The notes under the pieces are model-generated. The model saw only the letters and a list, made by a program, of their open reading frames with translations, was not told the DNA's origin and did no database searches. The position numbers and the translations under genes are program-made. A stretch of DNA of 64,000 nt from Nannocystales bacterium. GTDB lineage: Bacteria > Myxococcota_A > Polyangia > Nannocystales > Nannocystaceae. Shown in pieces: positions 31,539-42,065 of the stretch (its first letter is position 1; every line of letters begins with the position of its first letter). The stretch is from NCBI GenBank assembly GCA_050633305.1, contig JBOEGF010000018.1, positions 704,001 to 768,000 on the forward strand, read 5' to 3'.

Positions 31539-33782
31539 CTACCCGATGAACGAGCGCAGGTAGTACGCAACCTTGAGGGTGACCGCATGGAACGGGTCGG
31601 CCTGTGCCGTCGACCCGGCCGGCAGGTTGTTGCGGTAGACCAAGAACATGTCGCTTCCCGGGAGGAAGCGCCATCGCAGCCGACTTTGCAGCCCGACCCG
31701 CTCCGATCCCGGTGAGAGGTCCAGACGTACGAGGTTGTCGAACGCCAGGTTCCGTGTGATCGCGATGTCGACGTTTCCATTGGCGAAGCCGAAGTTGAAG
31801 TCTTCGTCTCGGGATTGGAAACGGCCGACCAGGTGGGTGTAGGAGGCTCCGAGCGTGAAGTGCTTGCCCAGGCGGACGGTGGTCGATGCGCTGGGTTGGT
31901 GTGCGGCTCCGCCAAACAGTTGGATGAACTCGTAGCTGAGGTTCCCACCGACGACGCGTCGAGAGGGCAGGGCCGCGTAGGTCCGGTTGCGAAATCCTGA
32001 GTAGTCAGATGACTCGATCGTCTCGCCGTACAGTTCGAAATCCTCCTGCACCACGTCCACAAAGTGCGCGAACGTGTTGCCGATGTTGGCGCCGTTGGCC
32101 CAGTCGAGCTGCAGGTAGCCGCTGGCTTCTTGGCCCAACCGGGCGTCGTACTCAGGCGTGGTTTCCACCGAGAAGGTTGGGCCGAAGTTGACCTCCCGTA
32201 TCGTGGCGTTTTTTGGACGAGGGGCGAACACGAGCCGAGCCTGCTGCCGCGTCGCGTTGGTGCGGCGGTAGAAGCCAAGCCGTGGATCGAAATCGTCATC
32301 GCTCCACAGCCACGACACCCCGGGCCGCACGTACAGCCCGCGATATTCCAGGGAGCCGTACGCTGAGGAGCCGATCTCCGGGGGGGCGAGCGGGAGTTCG
32401 GGCTCGTCCGGAGGCGGGGGGCGGTCCGGCGCCTGCTCTGCCCAGGTGCCCGCGACGAATCCGTAGCCCTGGAGTTTTCCGTCGGCCGCAATGAGCTGCG
32501 CATCGACCCCCCCAGCGGCGTCGTCGTGGCCGGTTGTCCCGACGCGGTGGCGCCCCAACAGCATCATCCCGACGTTGAGTTCTCGTGTGGCTTGCACCCG
32601 AATCCGACCCACGGTGAAGCTCTCTGGGCTGCTCGCTTGAACGCCTCGGGTCGGTTCATCGGTCGCGCCCAACGTCTGGACTTGCAGGAGCCCGTACTGG
32701 ATCACGCCCGTGCGGCCGTAGACCTTGGCACCGCCCAGAATCGGGACCGGGCTCCCTCGCTGTAACCCGATTCTCCGAGAGAAGAACAGCTGTGCTTCGC
32801 TGCGGCGCCCGAAGTTGAACACGTCGAGGCCGTTGATGAAGAACGGTCGGCGCTCGGGGAAAAACAGGGGAAATCGGTTCCGTGCGACCTGAACCGCGTC
32901 CGCTTCGACCTGCGCGAAGTCGGTGAGCAGGCTGGCTTCGGCGTAGGAGGCCGCGCCGAGCTGGACGCGAAAGTCGGCCCCGGTGGCGACGTTGGGTCGA
33001 CGCGTGGGGTCGGCGCTAAACGAGCGGTCGAAGGACGTCTGCGCAAGCAGGTATGGGGTGGCCTCGAAGGCGCGCCCGCCCCGAATCCGCTCCAGCCCCT
33101 CGAGGGTGCCGAACTGACTTGCGGCCATCGCCGAGCGCGGTGGAACGAACAGCCGCCAATCGTAGGTCGCGTTGTCCGTGGGCACATCGCGGGAGAAGTT
33201 GAGCCCCATCGTCGCGACGTCGGCGCTCTTGATCCCAAGAACCGCGAACGGGATCCGGTACTCGACAGAATACCCGTCGTCCCGTCGAACGGTCTCTGCC
33301 GTCCACACGCTGTCCCACTCGGTGATGAAGCTCTGCCCATCCTCGAGGCCGAGGATGTCGATCTGCGCGCCGTCGGCGTTGACCCCGAAGCTGTAGGCGT
33401 TGCGTCGGGTGCGTGTCGGGTCGATCTTCACATAGACCGTGTCGTCCGAGAAAATGCCGCCGTTGTCTCGGCGGAGGGTTCGGACGATGACTTCGCCCGG
33501 ATTGGACTCCGCTTCAATGAAGAAGTAGAGGTACTGGTCGTCGTACGCGACCTTGAACTCCGTGCGCAGGGGCGCGTCTTGGCCGAGGTTGGGGGACCGC
33601 TCGCGAAAGCGATCCTCGGGAGGCGCGAGGGCCCAGGTCTTCTCGTCTGCGCGCCCGTCGATGACCATCTTGTCCACGGTTCGCACTGCGACATAACGCC
33701 GAGGCTGCGGGGTGATGGGCTCGGCCGAGCCGGTCGCTGCAGGCGCAAGGGCGAGCACGACACCGGTAAGAGTTGCGAGCAT
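31539..33782 (-). CDS. CBM9-like + DUF5916 outer-membrane protein
   Basis: IDGRADE..W, YDDQYLY, YSVEYRIPF; DFAQVEAD..RFPLFFPERRPFF; LFFSRRIG. Confidence 0.8.
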   Translation of the reverse strand: MLATLTGVVLALAPAATGSAEPITPQPRRYVAVRTVDKMVIDGRADEKTWALAPPEDRFRERSPNLGQDAPLRTEFKVAYDDQYLYFFIEAESNPGEVIVRTLRRDNGGIFSDDTVYVKIDPTRTRRNAYSFGVNADGAQIDILGLEDGQSFITEWDSVWTAETVRRDDGYSVEYRIPFAVLGIKSADVATMGLNFSRDVPTDNATYDWRLFVPPRSAMAASQFGTLEGLERIRGGRAFEATPYLLAQTSFDRSFSADPTRRPNVATGADFRVQLGAASYAEASLLTDFAQVEADAVQVARNRFPLFFPERRPFFINGLDVFNFGRRSEAQLFFSRRIGLQRGSPVPILGGAKVYGRTGVIQYGLLQVQTLGATDEPTRGVQASSPESFTVGRIRVQATRELNVGMMLLGRHRVGTTGHDDAAGGVDAQLIAADGKLQGYGFVAGTWAEQAPDRPPPPDEPELPLAPPEIGSSAYGSLEYRGLYVRPGVSWLWSDDDFDPRLGFYRRTNATRQQARLVFAPRPKNATIREVNFGPTFSVETTPEYDARLGQEASGYLQLDWANGANIGNTFAHFVDVVQEDFELYGETIESSDYSGFRNRTYAALPSRRVVGGNLSYEFIQLFGGAAHQPSASTTVRLGKHFTLGASYTHLVGRFQSRDEDFNFGFANGNVDIAITRNLAFDNLVRLDLSPGSERVGLQSRLRWRFLPGSDMFLVYRNNLPAGSTAQADPFHAVTLKVAYYLRSFIG

Positions 33783-33785
33783 CGG

Positions 33786-34505
33786 CTAGAAGAGGGACTG
33801 CTGCTCGGGCGCAGGTGCTGGAGGGTCGATCGGATCGAGACACTCCGGGTCGTCATTGCGTACGTCGCTGACCCTACGGGATACCGGGGTGCTGACCAGC
33901 CAATCGTCGGCGATCGGTTGCAGGAACTCGCTGAGCTCCCCCACAGCTTCGGGTGTTCGAGCCCGGGGCGACCACCGGAGCCAGGCGTCGGCTCCACGGG
34001 CATCGAGGATCACGGGCATGCGGTCGTGGTGTGGCGCGACGAGTGGGTTGGGGCGCGTGGTCAGGACGGTGAAGTTGCGAGAGACCTCGCCGGAGCTTGG
34101 GCTGACGTCATCGCGGTAGAGACCGGCGAAGACGAACGGTGCGTCGTCGGGCCGATGAAACCAGTAGGGTTGTCGGGCTCCCTTGGGCCCGCTCCATTCG
34201 AGGAAGCCATTGGTCACCACACCGCATCGGTGAGTCCACACTGCGTCGCGGAACGTCGGCCGGACGTGCATGGTTTCGCTCCGCGCATTGATCATCGGCC
34301 CGCGGGGACTTGGGAATCCCCACGTGCCCCGAGCAACGGCCGGCCTCGGCGCCTCCGGCTCGAGGCACACGATCCAGTGAGCATCGGAGGGCGCCACGTT
34401 GAACCGCGGCTGGTAGGCCTGGGCCAGCGACGGGTTGAAGTCAGCGTCGAGCGCCTGACCCACCGACACGTAGTCCGCTGTAGTCAGGGTAAACCGACCG
34501 CACAT
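33786..34505 (-). CDS. SOS response-associated peptidase (SRAP/YedK/HMCES) abasic-site protein
   Basis: N-terminal MCGRF, FNVAPS, INARSET, GFLEW, HDRMPVIL. Confidence 0.95.
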   Translation of the reverse strand: MCGRFTLTTADYVSVGQALDADFNPSLAQAYQPRFNVAPSDAHWIVCLEPEAPRPAVARGTWGFPSPRGPMINARSETMHVRPTFRDAVWTHRCGVVTNGFLEWSGPKGARQPYWFHRPDDAPFVFAGLYRDDVSPSSGEVSRNFTVLTTRPNPLVAPHHDRMPVILDARGADAWLRWSPRARTPEAVGELSEFLQPIADDWLVSTPVSRRVSDVRNDDPECLDPIDPPAPAPEQQSLF

Positions 34506-34708
34506 TAGGAGATCTCTCCTGGCCCACGCGAGAACCGCCAGGCAGCGGGTTCTCCGCATTCGTGTCGGTCGCAGTTTGAACGGCGGCCTGCGGGTTTCTG
34601 AAGCGTCGCGTCATTGCTCGCTGCCAAGCCCGTGGGGCTGCTGACGAAGAGATCTGCGAGAAACCCGCTCCCGAGCACGGCAAAGCTCTACCGCACCCAA
34701 CGTGGGTT

Positions 34709-34717
34709 TGCTATATC
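34709..34717 (+). promoter_or_regulatory. Extended -10 element (TGcTATATC)
   Basis: TG-n-TATATC about 7 nt upstream of a strongly structured non-coding segment. Confidence 0.5.
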
Positions 34718-34724
34718 CATCCTT

Positions 34725-34960
34725 GTTGAGTGTGGCCTAGCCGACCGGGGCTTCCCCCCTTCCGCATCCAACCCCGGTCGGCTAGGCCCCCAACGTTTTA
34801 TCCCCATGAGTTCCGGGTCTGAATCCGGGCTTCTGGGGTTTCGCCTTTTGGTTCAACTCCGGGCCCCCACCCGAGGGCTGAACCAGGAAACGCAACTCTG
34901 AGAGGAGGCCCCCACCGAGCTGGCGAGGGGAGCGAGTTGCGCGCGGGCGAAACGTTGAGA
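34725..34960 (+). ncRNA. Candidate structured small RNA with C-rich loops
   Basis: 17-bp perfect stem 34734-50/34772-88 with loop cttccccccttccgcatccaa; then a long imperfect hairpin 34791-34957 with many G-U pairs and an apical ccccca loop; no credible ORF. Confidence 0.55.
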
Positions 34961-35200
34961 ACGGCATCATCCTGCGCCGTCACAGATCAGACACCGGGTC
35001 TTCGAGTTCTTCCGGGCTCCGCTCGGGTTTTTTCACCCCCGCCTGCGCTACCGAAACTGCCTCCCCGCGATGGTGCGCAACAGGCTGCCATTGCTTCCGA
35101 AGAGCCAACACCGCACCTGCGTTGGTGCTGGGGGCTGTCATCCCCGAGTGTCGCAATGCGAGTCGCTTTCGGAGGCGAGCAAGCGTGCGATCCTGCACGG

Positions 35201-35848
35201 GTGGTCGACGCCGGAGAACCTGAAATGGTCCGAGCTGAGGAACCCCTACCCAGTTCGGTCGCGGTCGCCGGGCTCGTCCTCGCGGTGAGCAGTGCACTCC
35301 CGTGGACGCCAGAGGGGCATTCGTTCTTGGCTCTGCTCCGCTCCGAGTTCTCCCGTGGTGTGCTCGAAGGACTGCTGATGATGGTCGGGTTCGGCTCGCC
35401 ATTCTTGTTTGGCATCGCAGTCGCGGTCGCGCCCATGGCCTGCCCGCCCGCGGTTGCTCGTCGCATCCTTCGTGTCCCGGTCGCGTTCATGCACAGCCAA
35501 CTCGTCTTGGTCGCGCTGGTGTTGTGGCTCTCCGGGGTCTCCGTGGCCGCGGTGCCACTGCTCGGCTTTGCGTTGGTGTCCGGAGTCCGACTTGCGGTTC
35601 ACACAGCACGGGCTCACGCGGAAGGTGATGGGCCGCGGGTCGGCTGGTACGTGCGGTGGGGCGGCATGGTCGTCGCCGCAATCGCGGCGTGGATGGAGCT
35701 GCAGCGCTCCGGAGACCTCGTGTTCGGCTGGGGCCTGCACGTGGCGCTTCTGGCTGGGCTGGGCATGGCGGGTGCACTTGCTGGACGCGCTCTGGGTTCG
35801 GCGGCGCCGGGGCTCCCCGAGGAGTCTCGCCCCTCGACCCTCTTCTGA
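35201..35848 (+). CDS. Multi-pass membrane hypothetical protein
   Basis: About 6 hydrophobic segments; start uncertain (35156/35201/35225). Confidence 0.65.
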   Translation: MVDAGEPEMVRAEEPLPSSVAVAGLVLAVSSALPWTPEGHSFLALLRSEFSRGVLEGLLMMVGFGSPFLFGIAVAVAPMACPPAVARRILRVPVAFMHSQLVLVALVLWLSGVSVAAVPLLGFALVSGVRLAVHTARAHAEGDGPRVGWYVRWGGMVVAAIAAWMELQRSGDLVFGWGLHVALLAGLGMAGALAGRALGSAAPGLPEESRPSTLF

Positions 35849-35884
35849 TCGATGCGCGTGTGTTCCACGACCCTCGAAGACGCG

Positions 35885-36751
35885 CTAGGGGAATGAGCCC
35901 TTGGCGCCCGCTTCAAGAGACGTGCAGCCCGTGGCGTGTTCGCAGCGTCGAACCACGCTGTTGCCGATGACTTCGTAGGTCGATCCATGCACGAGGATCG
36001 CGGTGTCTTCGTCGATGCCGTATCCGATGCGCTCGGGGTGGCGTGAGAGGATCGCGAGGAGCCGGGGTTCGCGTTCCTTGGCGAGGAAGTGTTGGTCGAC
36101 GATCACGCCTGGGAGAACGCCGAAACCGACATCTTCGACCGGGTCGGGGTTGCCGCGTCGAATGATGACATCGGAGAGAATCGCTGCGCCGGCGGAGTAG
36201 CCTCCGACGATCCCGCCGCGCAGAAGGACGGCGTGCAACGCTTCTTGGACCTTCGTGTCGACGTAGGCGTCCCGCAGTCTGCCCTGCGCCCCGCCGCCGA
36301 GCCACACGCAGTCTGCGTCTTGTAGCGGGGCGAGAAAGCCCCGTTCGTTCGCGCGCGCTGGGTCGAGCGTGTGCAAGACATCGACCTGCCCCACGCGGTC
36401 GCGCCAGCGCTTGGGGAGCTTCTGCAGCGTTGCCGGGTTGCTCGCGCCCTCCGCAGCGGTGGGGATCAGTACGAGCTTGCCGTCGGCACCGCACACTTCG
36501 CAGAAGCGCTTGATGATGTCCGCGCGCAGCGGGCCACCTCCGTGGGCGAGCACGGTTCCCACCAGAGGGACCGAGACACGACGGGAAGGAGGAGGCGGTG
36601 GTGGGGGGATATCGAAGCGTGGCAACGGCGCGGGCGTGCGGCGTTCCGGCTGCGGTGTGGTGTCGAACACTGGCGCATCGACGCGGGTGGGCTCTGGCTG
36701 CGGTGTGCCACAGCCTGCGAACCCTAACGCCGCGATGATCAGTCTGCGCAT
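35885..36751 (-). CDS. Cyanophycinase-like serine peptidase (S51), lipoprotein
   Basis: Lipobox FAGC; WLGGGAQ.RL, GYSAGAA, VDQHF..RE.RL, GIDEDTA. Confidence 0.85.
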   Translation of the reverse strand: MRRLIIAALGFAGCGTPQPEPTRVDAPVFDTTPQPERRTPAPLPRFDIPPPPPPPSRRVSVPLVGTVLAHGGGPLRADIIKRFCEVCGADGKLVLIPTAAEGASNPATLQKLPKRWRDRVGQVDVLHTLDPARANERGFLAPLQDADCVWLGGGAQGRLRDAYVDTKVQEALHAVLLRGGIVGGYSAGAAILSDVIIRRGNPDPVEDVGFGVLPGVIVDQHFLAKEREPRLLAILSRHPERIGYGIDEDTAILVHGSTYEVIGNSVVRRCEHATGCTSLEAGAKGSFP

Positions 36752-36781
36752 CGTTCGAGCTCCCGCGAGTCGACCCAGATC

Positions 36782-37342
36782 CTATGCGTCCGGGCGGAGG
36801 TCGGCTTCGAGTGCGGCGCGCTGCTCGTCGGTCAAGGCGACTTCCACGGTGTGCTCAGGCAAGTCCGAGCCCATCGCGACCGGCGTCACCCCGCCGACCG
36901 GGAACCGCAGGTACTGGACCGAGCTCAGCCGGGTCTCTCCGACCTGACGGTCGTCGAACACGGGTCGGACGAGTGTGCCGTCGGGCAGCTTGGCGTACAG
37001 GTGCTTGGGGAGCTGCAGCCAGGCGCTGAGCTTCACGTCCCGCTCCGCTTCATCGTCGATGCCGATCAGCAGCGTGGAGCCCAGCTCCCCGGGTCCGCCG
37101 AGCAGCTCGTTGTAGGTCTCGAGCTCGTGCTCGATGTCCTTCTCTTTGACGATCCGCTCGACCCGCATCATCTCCTGCACCTGGTAGCGCACGGTGTCCC
37201 GGTTCTCGAACAGGAACACCAAGAAGTCTCCGACGCAAACGCGGCGAGGAGCCTTGGCTGCCAGTGCGAGGGGGCGAAGCTCGGCGCGCTTTTCGGTGTA
37301 GGTGACGTGGTCGAGCAGCTCGTTGCGTAGGACGGGTTTCAT
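36782..37342 (-). CDS. DUF3501 family protein
   Basis: RRVCVGD..FLFENRDTVRYQVQEMMRVE..ELETYNEL, SSVQYLRF. Confidence 0.9.
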   Translation of the reverse strand: MKPVLRNELLDHVTYTEKRAELRPLALAAKAPRRVCVGDFLVFLFENRDTVRYQVQEMMRVERIVKEKDIEHELETYNELLGGPGELGSTLLIGIDDEAERDVKLSAWLQLPKHLYAKLPDGTLVRPVFDDRQVGETRLSSVQYLRFPVGGVTPVAMGSDLPEHTVEVALTDEQRAALEADLRPDA

Positions 37343-38715
37343 GGCTTGGAGTCCTTGTCGGACGGGGTCGCGGGCGGAAGCTCCGCTTTCTTGAACGACT
37401 CGCCACGGTACGCCTTGGCGAGCAGAGACATCGGGTGCATGGGGCGAACGCCAGCGTGTTGCTCGAACTGCAGCGCGGCCAGCGGGCAGTCGGTCGCCCA
37501 GATCTCGGTCTGCGCATCTTTCATGCCTTCGAAGGAGCGCTTGCCGATGCGCTGGGAAGGCTCGAACCCTTCGACCCGCATCGCGTACGTCCCGTCGTGA
37601 CCGCAGCATTCCATCACGGTGGCTGGTTTGACCCCGGGAAGCTTGCGCAGCAGGTCCCGGCCCTTGAATCCTTTGCCTTGGGTCCGCAGGTGGCACGGCG
37701 CGTGGTAGGCCACCTTGCCGTCGGGGCTGCTGGCGAAGTCGGTGTTGAACCGCTCCTCCTTGCGCAGCGACCACAGGAACTCGCTGGGGTCTTGGACGGC
37801 ATCGGCGATCTTCTGAGCGCGCGGCTTGTCGGCCTCCTCGACGAGCTCGGGGTACTCGCGCCTGAGCATCATCGAGCACGTGGGGTTGATTGCGAGGACC
37901 TTCGAGCCAGCATCGACATGGGGTTCGAGCAGGTCGAGGTTGGCCTTGGCCTTCTTGCGGAGCAGTTCCAGGTCGCCTCGCTCCCACGCTGGCATGCCGC
38001 AGCAGTTCAGTCCCTTCACGCAGCCGATATCGACGCCGTTGCGCTCGAGCACTTCGACCGTGTCTTTGCCGATGTCGGGCTCGTTGTGCTCGACGTAACA
38101 GGTCTGAAAGAGCACCGCTTCGCTGCCCGGTGTGTCCTTGACCTTGTTCTCGCGGGCTGCCCACGACGAGAAGGTCTGACCGGCGAAGTCGGGCAGGAGC
38201 TTGTCGCGGTGAATGCCGATGACCTTCTCCATGAACCACCGGTGCAGTCCGACTCGGTTCATCACGTTGGCCATGCCGAGGCTGGCGCGGGCGAGGCCGG
38301 CGGCGGCGTCCGGGTCACGCATCGCCCGGTCTTGGAGCGTGGGGCCGTTCTTCTTGTAGCGGATGGCTTGGTACCGATGGACGAGCTTCGGAAAGTCGAG
38401 TTGAAACTCGTGCTCGTCTCGCGGGGTGTATGGGCACTGGACCTCGCACAGCTTGCACTGGAAGCACGAGTCCATGACCCCGTCGGTCTCTTCGGGGGTC
38501 AGCTTGGTGACGTCGCCGTCGTGTTTGTCGTCGATGAGCTTGAACAGGTCTGGGAACGAGTCGCAGTACTTGAAGCACATGCGGCACCCGTGGCAGACCT
38601 CGAACGTGCGCTCGACTTCTTTGTCGAGGGCGCTCTGGTCCCAGTACTTGTCTTCGCTGGGGTCGTAGGACAGGCCGTCGGTCGGCTGGTACGAGATGTT
38701 CTTGGCGTCGCCCAC
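37339..38715 (-). CDS. Fe-S oxidoreductase (GlpC/HdrD-like, CCG domains)
   Basis: CHGCRMCFKYC, CFQCKLCEVQCPY, CCGMP, YHAPCH, CCGHDG. Confidence 0.9.
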   Translation of the reverse strand: MGDAKNISYQPTDGLSYDPSEDKYWDQSALDKEVERTFEVCHGCRMCFKYCDSFPDLFKLIDDKHDGDVTKLTPEETDGVMDSCFQCKLCEVQCPYTPRDEHEFQLDFPKLVHRYQAIRYKKNGPTLQDRAMRDPDAAAGLARASLGMANVMNRVGLHRWFMEKVIGIHRDKLLPDFAGQTFSSWAARENKVKDTPGSEAVLFQTCYVEHNEPDIGKDTVEVLERNGVDIGCVKGLNCCGMPAWERGDLELLRKKAKANLDLLEPHVDAGSKVLAINPTCSMMLRREYPELVEEADKPRAQKIADAVQDPSEFLWSLRKEERFNTDFASSPDGKVAYHAPCHLRTQGKGFKGRDLLRKLPGVKPATVMECCGHDGTYAMRVEGFEPSQRIGKRSFEGMKDAQTEIWATDCPLAALQFEQHAGVRPMHPMSLLAKAYRGESFKKAELPPATPSDKDSKP

Positions 38716-38796
38716 GGTGCGGCCGGCAGCCTAGCAGGCGCCTGAAGTCGGTGCTCAGCCCCAGGGGAGCGTCGGCCGTGAGGGGCCATCAACCAA

Positions 38797-38836
38797 CGAA
38801 AATGGCGGTGGGACCGAAGTCCGCACCGCCATTTCG
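38797..38836 (-). terminator. Stem-loop (cUUCGg) with U-rich tail after rubrerythrin, inside the gene cluster
   Basis: Minus strand gaaatggcggtgcggac-ttcg-gtcccaccgccattttcgtt. Confidence 0.65.
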
Positions 38837-38855
38837 TGGAACACGATGTTCCGGT

Positions 38856-39275
38856 CTAGCCGATGTCGTTGAGAAGCTTCTGGAAGCGACCCGCGTGGGC
38901 TTTTTCGGCCTTGGCGAGGGTTTCGAACCAGTCGGCGATCTCGTCGAAGCCTTCTTCGCGAGCGGTCTTCGCCATGCCCGGGTACATGTCCGTGTACTCG
39001 TGCGTTTCGCCCGCGACGGCTGCGGCGAGGTTCTCCGCGGTGTCACCGATCGGAAGTCCGGTGGCGGGATCGCCGACCTTCTTGATGTAGTCGAGGTGGC
39101 CGTGTGCGTGGCCGGTCTCGCCTTCGGCGGTCTCGCGGAAGTTGCCTGCGATCTCGGGGTAGCCTTCGACGTCGGCGACTTTTGCGAAGTAGAGGTAGCG
39201 GCGGTTGGCCTGGGATTCCCCCGCGAACGCGGCCTTGAGGTTGTCGTGCGTCTTCGAATCTTTGAGGTCAGCCAT
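38856..39275 (-). CDS. Rubrerythrin (short, no rubredoxin domain)
   Basis: [46 protein letters not shown] aaggag. Confidence 0.95.
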   Translation of the reverse strand: MADLKDSKTHDNLKAAFAGESQANRRYLYFAKVADVEGYPEIAGNFRETAEGETGHAHGHLDYIKKVGDPATGLPIGDTAENLAAAVAGETHEYTDMYPGMAKTAREEGFDEIADWFETLAKAEKAHAGRFQKLLNDIG

Positions 39276-39427
39276 GATGACTCCTTGCATGTGCGCCGGT
39301 CGCGGGACCGCTGAAGACGGCCTCCGCGCTCGGCGACGTGCATCGTTAGCATGCTGAGCCGCGGCGAACCATGGGCGAGCGTCAAAGCGGGCCCAAGAGC
39401 GCTGCAAAGGGGGGTAGGCTCGCCCCG

Positions 39428-40492
39428 GTGGACGCACAGGGCTCCGAACCCACACATTTGCCCAATCTTGGAGCCCTCGAGGCCAAGGGGGGCTTGTTCA
39501 CCGCATATGCGGTGCTGCGCTCGGTCCGGAAAGCGCAGACGCGGGCCGGAAAGCCGTTTGTCGAGGTGAAGCTGGTGGATCGCGAAGGGTCCGCCGCTGG
39601 GAAGATCTGGTCAGACAGCTCGCGCGCGATGCAGGCCATCGACGGTCTCGAGGTCGGGGATCACGTCAAGGCTCTGTTCGAGGTCGACACCTACAAGGGC
39701 GCCGTGCAGCTCAACGTCCGCCGGATCCGCAAGGCCGAGGAGGGCGACCCCGGCTACTCCGCGGACTCGCTGATGGAGGAGGGGTACGACCTGGTCTCCG
39801 ACATCCTGTGCAAGACGCTGGTGTTCGACATCGAGACCGCGCCCGCCGTCGACATCCGCAAGGAGCCGTCCACGATCGCGCAGTCCGTGGCCAAGGTCGC
39901 CGAGCGGAAGGACTGGGATCAGTCGAAGGTCATGAGCCTGTCGCCGTACTTCGGCAAGGTCATCTCGTTGGCCGTCGGCGATGGCGAACAGGATCCGCGG
40001 ACGATGGAGGTCACCGTGTTCGTCGTGCTGCCCGAAGGCGTCGACGTGGATGTCGCGGCACTGCCGGCTTGGATTCGTCCTGTGTCCGAGAAGGACCTGC
40101 TTCGCGCGTTCTGGGTTCTCGCTGGTCACGCCGAGGTCGTCGTGACCTACAACGGTCGCGGTTTCGACGTGCCGTTCTTGCAGGGACGCAGTCTGATTCA
40201 CGACATCGATGCCCGCGTCGACCTGTTGTCCAACCGCTTTTCCCTCCGGCCGCACCTCGACCTGTACTACGCGCTGGGCCAGAACGCGGGCCCGTCGTCG
40301 CTCGACGTCGTGTGCTGGGCGCTCGGGCTCACCTCGCCCAAGGAGGACATGGACGGATCCATGGTCGCCTCGACGTACGAAAAGGGCGACATCGCTTCGA
40401 TTGCGCTCTACAACGCCGGCGACGTGCGAGCGACGAGCGGCGTGTACCAGCGGGTGCGGGACAAAGTGTTGCGGTTCCGCGATGACTGGTAG
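39428..40492 (+). CDS. OB-fold + DnaQ/PolB-like 3'-5' exonuclease fusion
   Basis: TRAGKPFVEVKLVDREG...YKGAVQLNV (YhaM-like OB); VFDIET, TYNGRGFDVPFL, YNAGDV (ExoI-III). Confidence 0.8.
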   Translation: MDAQGSEPTHLPNLGALEAKGGLFTAYAVLRSVRKAQTRAGKPFVEVKLVDREGSAAGKIWSDSSRAMQAIDGLEVGDHVKALFEVDTYKGAVQLNVRRIRKAEEGDPGYSADSLMEEGYDLVSDILCKTLVFDIETAPAVDIRKEPSTIAQSVAKVAERKDWDQSKVMSLSPYFGKVISLAVGDGEQDPRTMEVTVFVVLPEGVDVDVAALPAWIRPVSEKDLLRAFWVLAGHAEVVVTYNGRGFDVPFLQGRSLIHDIDARVDLLSNRFSLRPHLDLYYALGQNAGPSSLDVVCWALGLTSPKEDMDGSMVASTYEKGDIASIALYNAGDVRATSGVYQRVRDKVLRFRDDW

Positions 40493-40819
40493 GGGCAGGC
40501 GTGCCCTGGGGATGGCGGGTCTCGGTCGTCACCGCGACCCGACGCCGCTCGAGCAGATTCGCGTCTTTCGCGGCGCCTGCCTACGCCGCGATCAGTTCGG
40601 GGCCCGCATCCCGGCCGTCGCAGCCACCGGCGAACGCCGGCCGGGCCAGGATCGTCGCTAGAGCGTATCCATGCTGCGATCCCCGATTCTGAGTGTCCCG
40701 ATCTGACCGCAGAGCCCTGTCTCGGCGGACGCAGGTTTCCTCACTTGCCGCTGCTGTCGCGTTTTCGGGTCGGGGTCCCTCTTTTGCGGCTCTAACCCCA
40801 GTGGTATACCGCGCTCGCT

Positions 40820-42043
<1,224 letters not shown>

Positions 42044-42065
42044 AGTCCGACGCGTAGACGGCATC

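Noticed and set aside
34791..34960. Definite 6S RNA (ssrS) call
   Set aside because: The rod shape and ggcccccacc are suggestive, but the central bubble is short and the usual zapA/ygfA context is absent; kept as an unassigned ncRNA candidate
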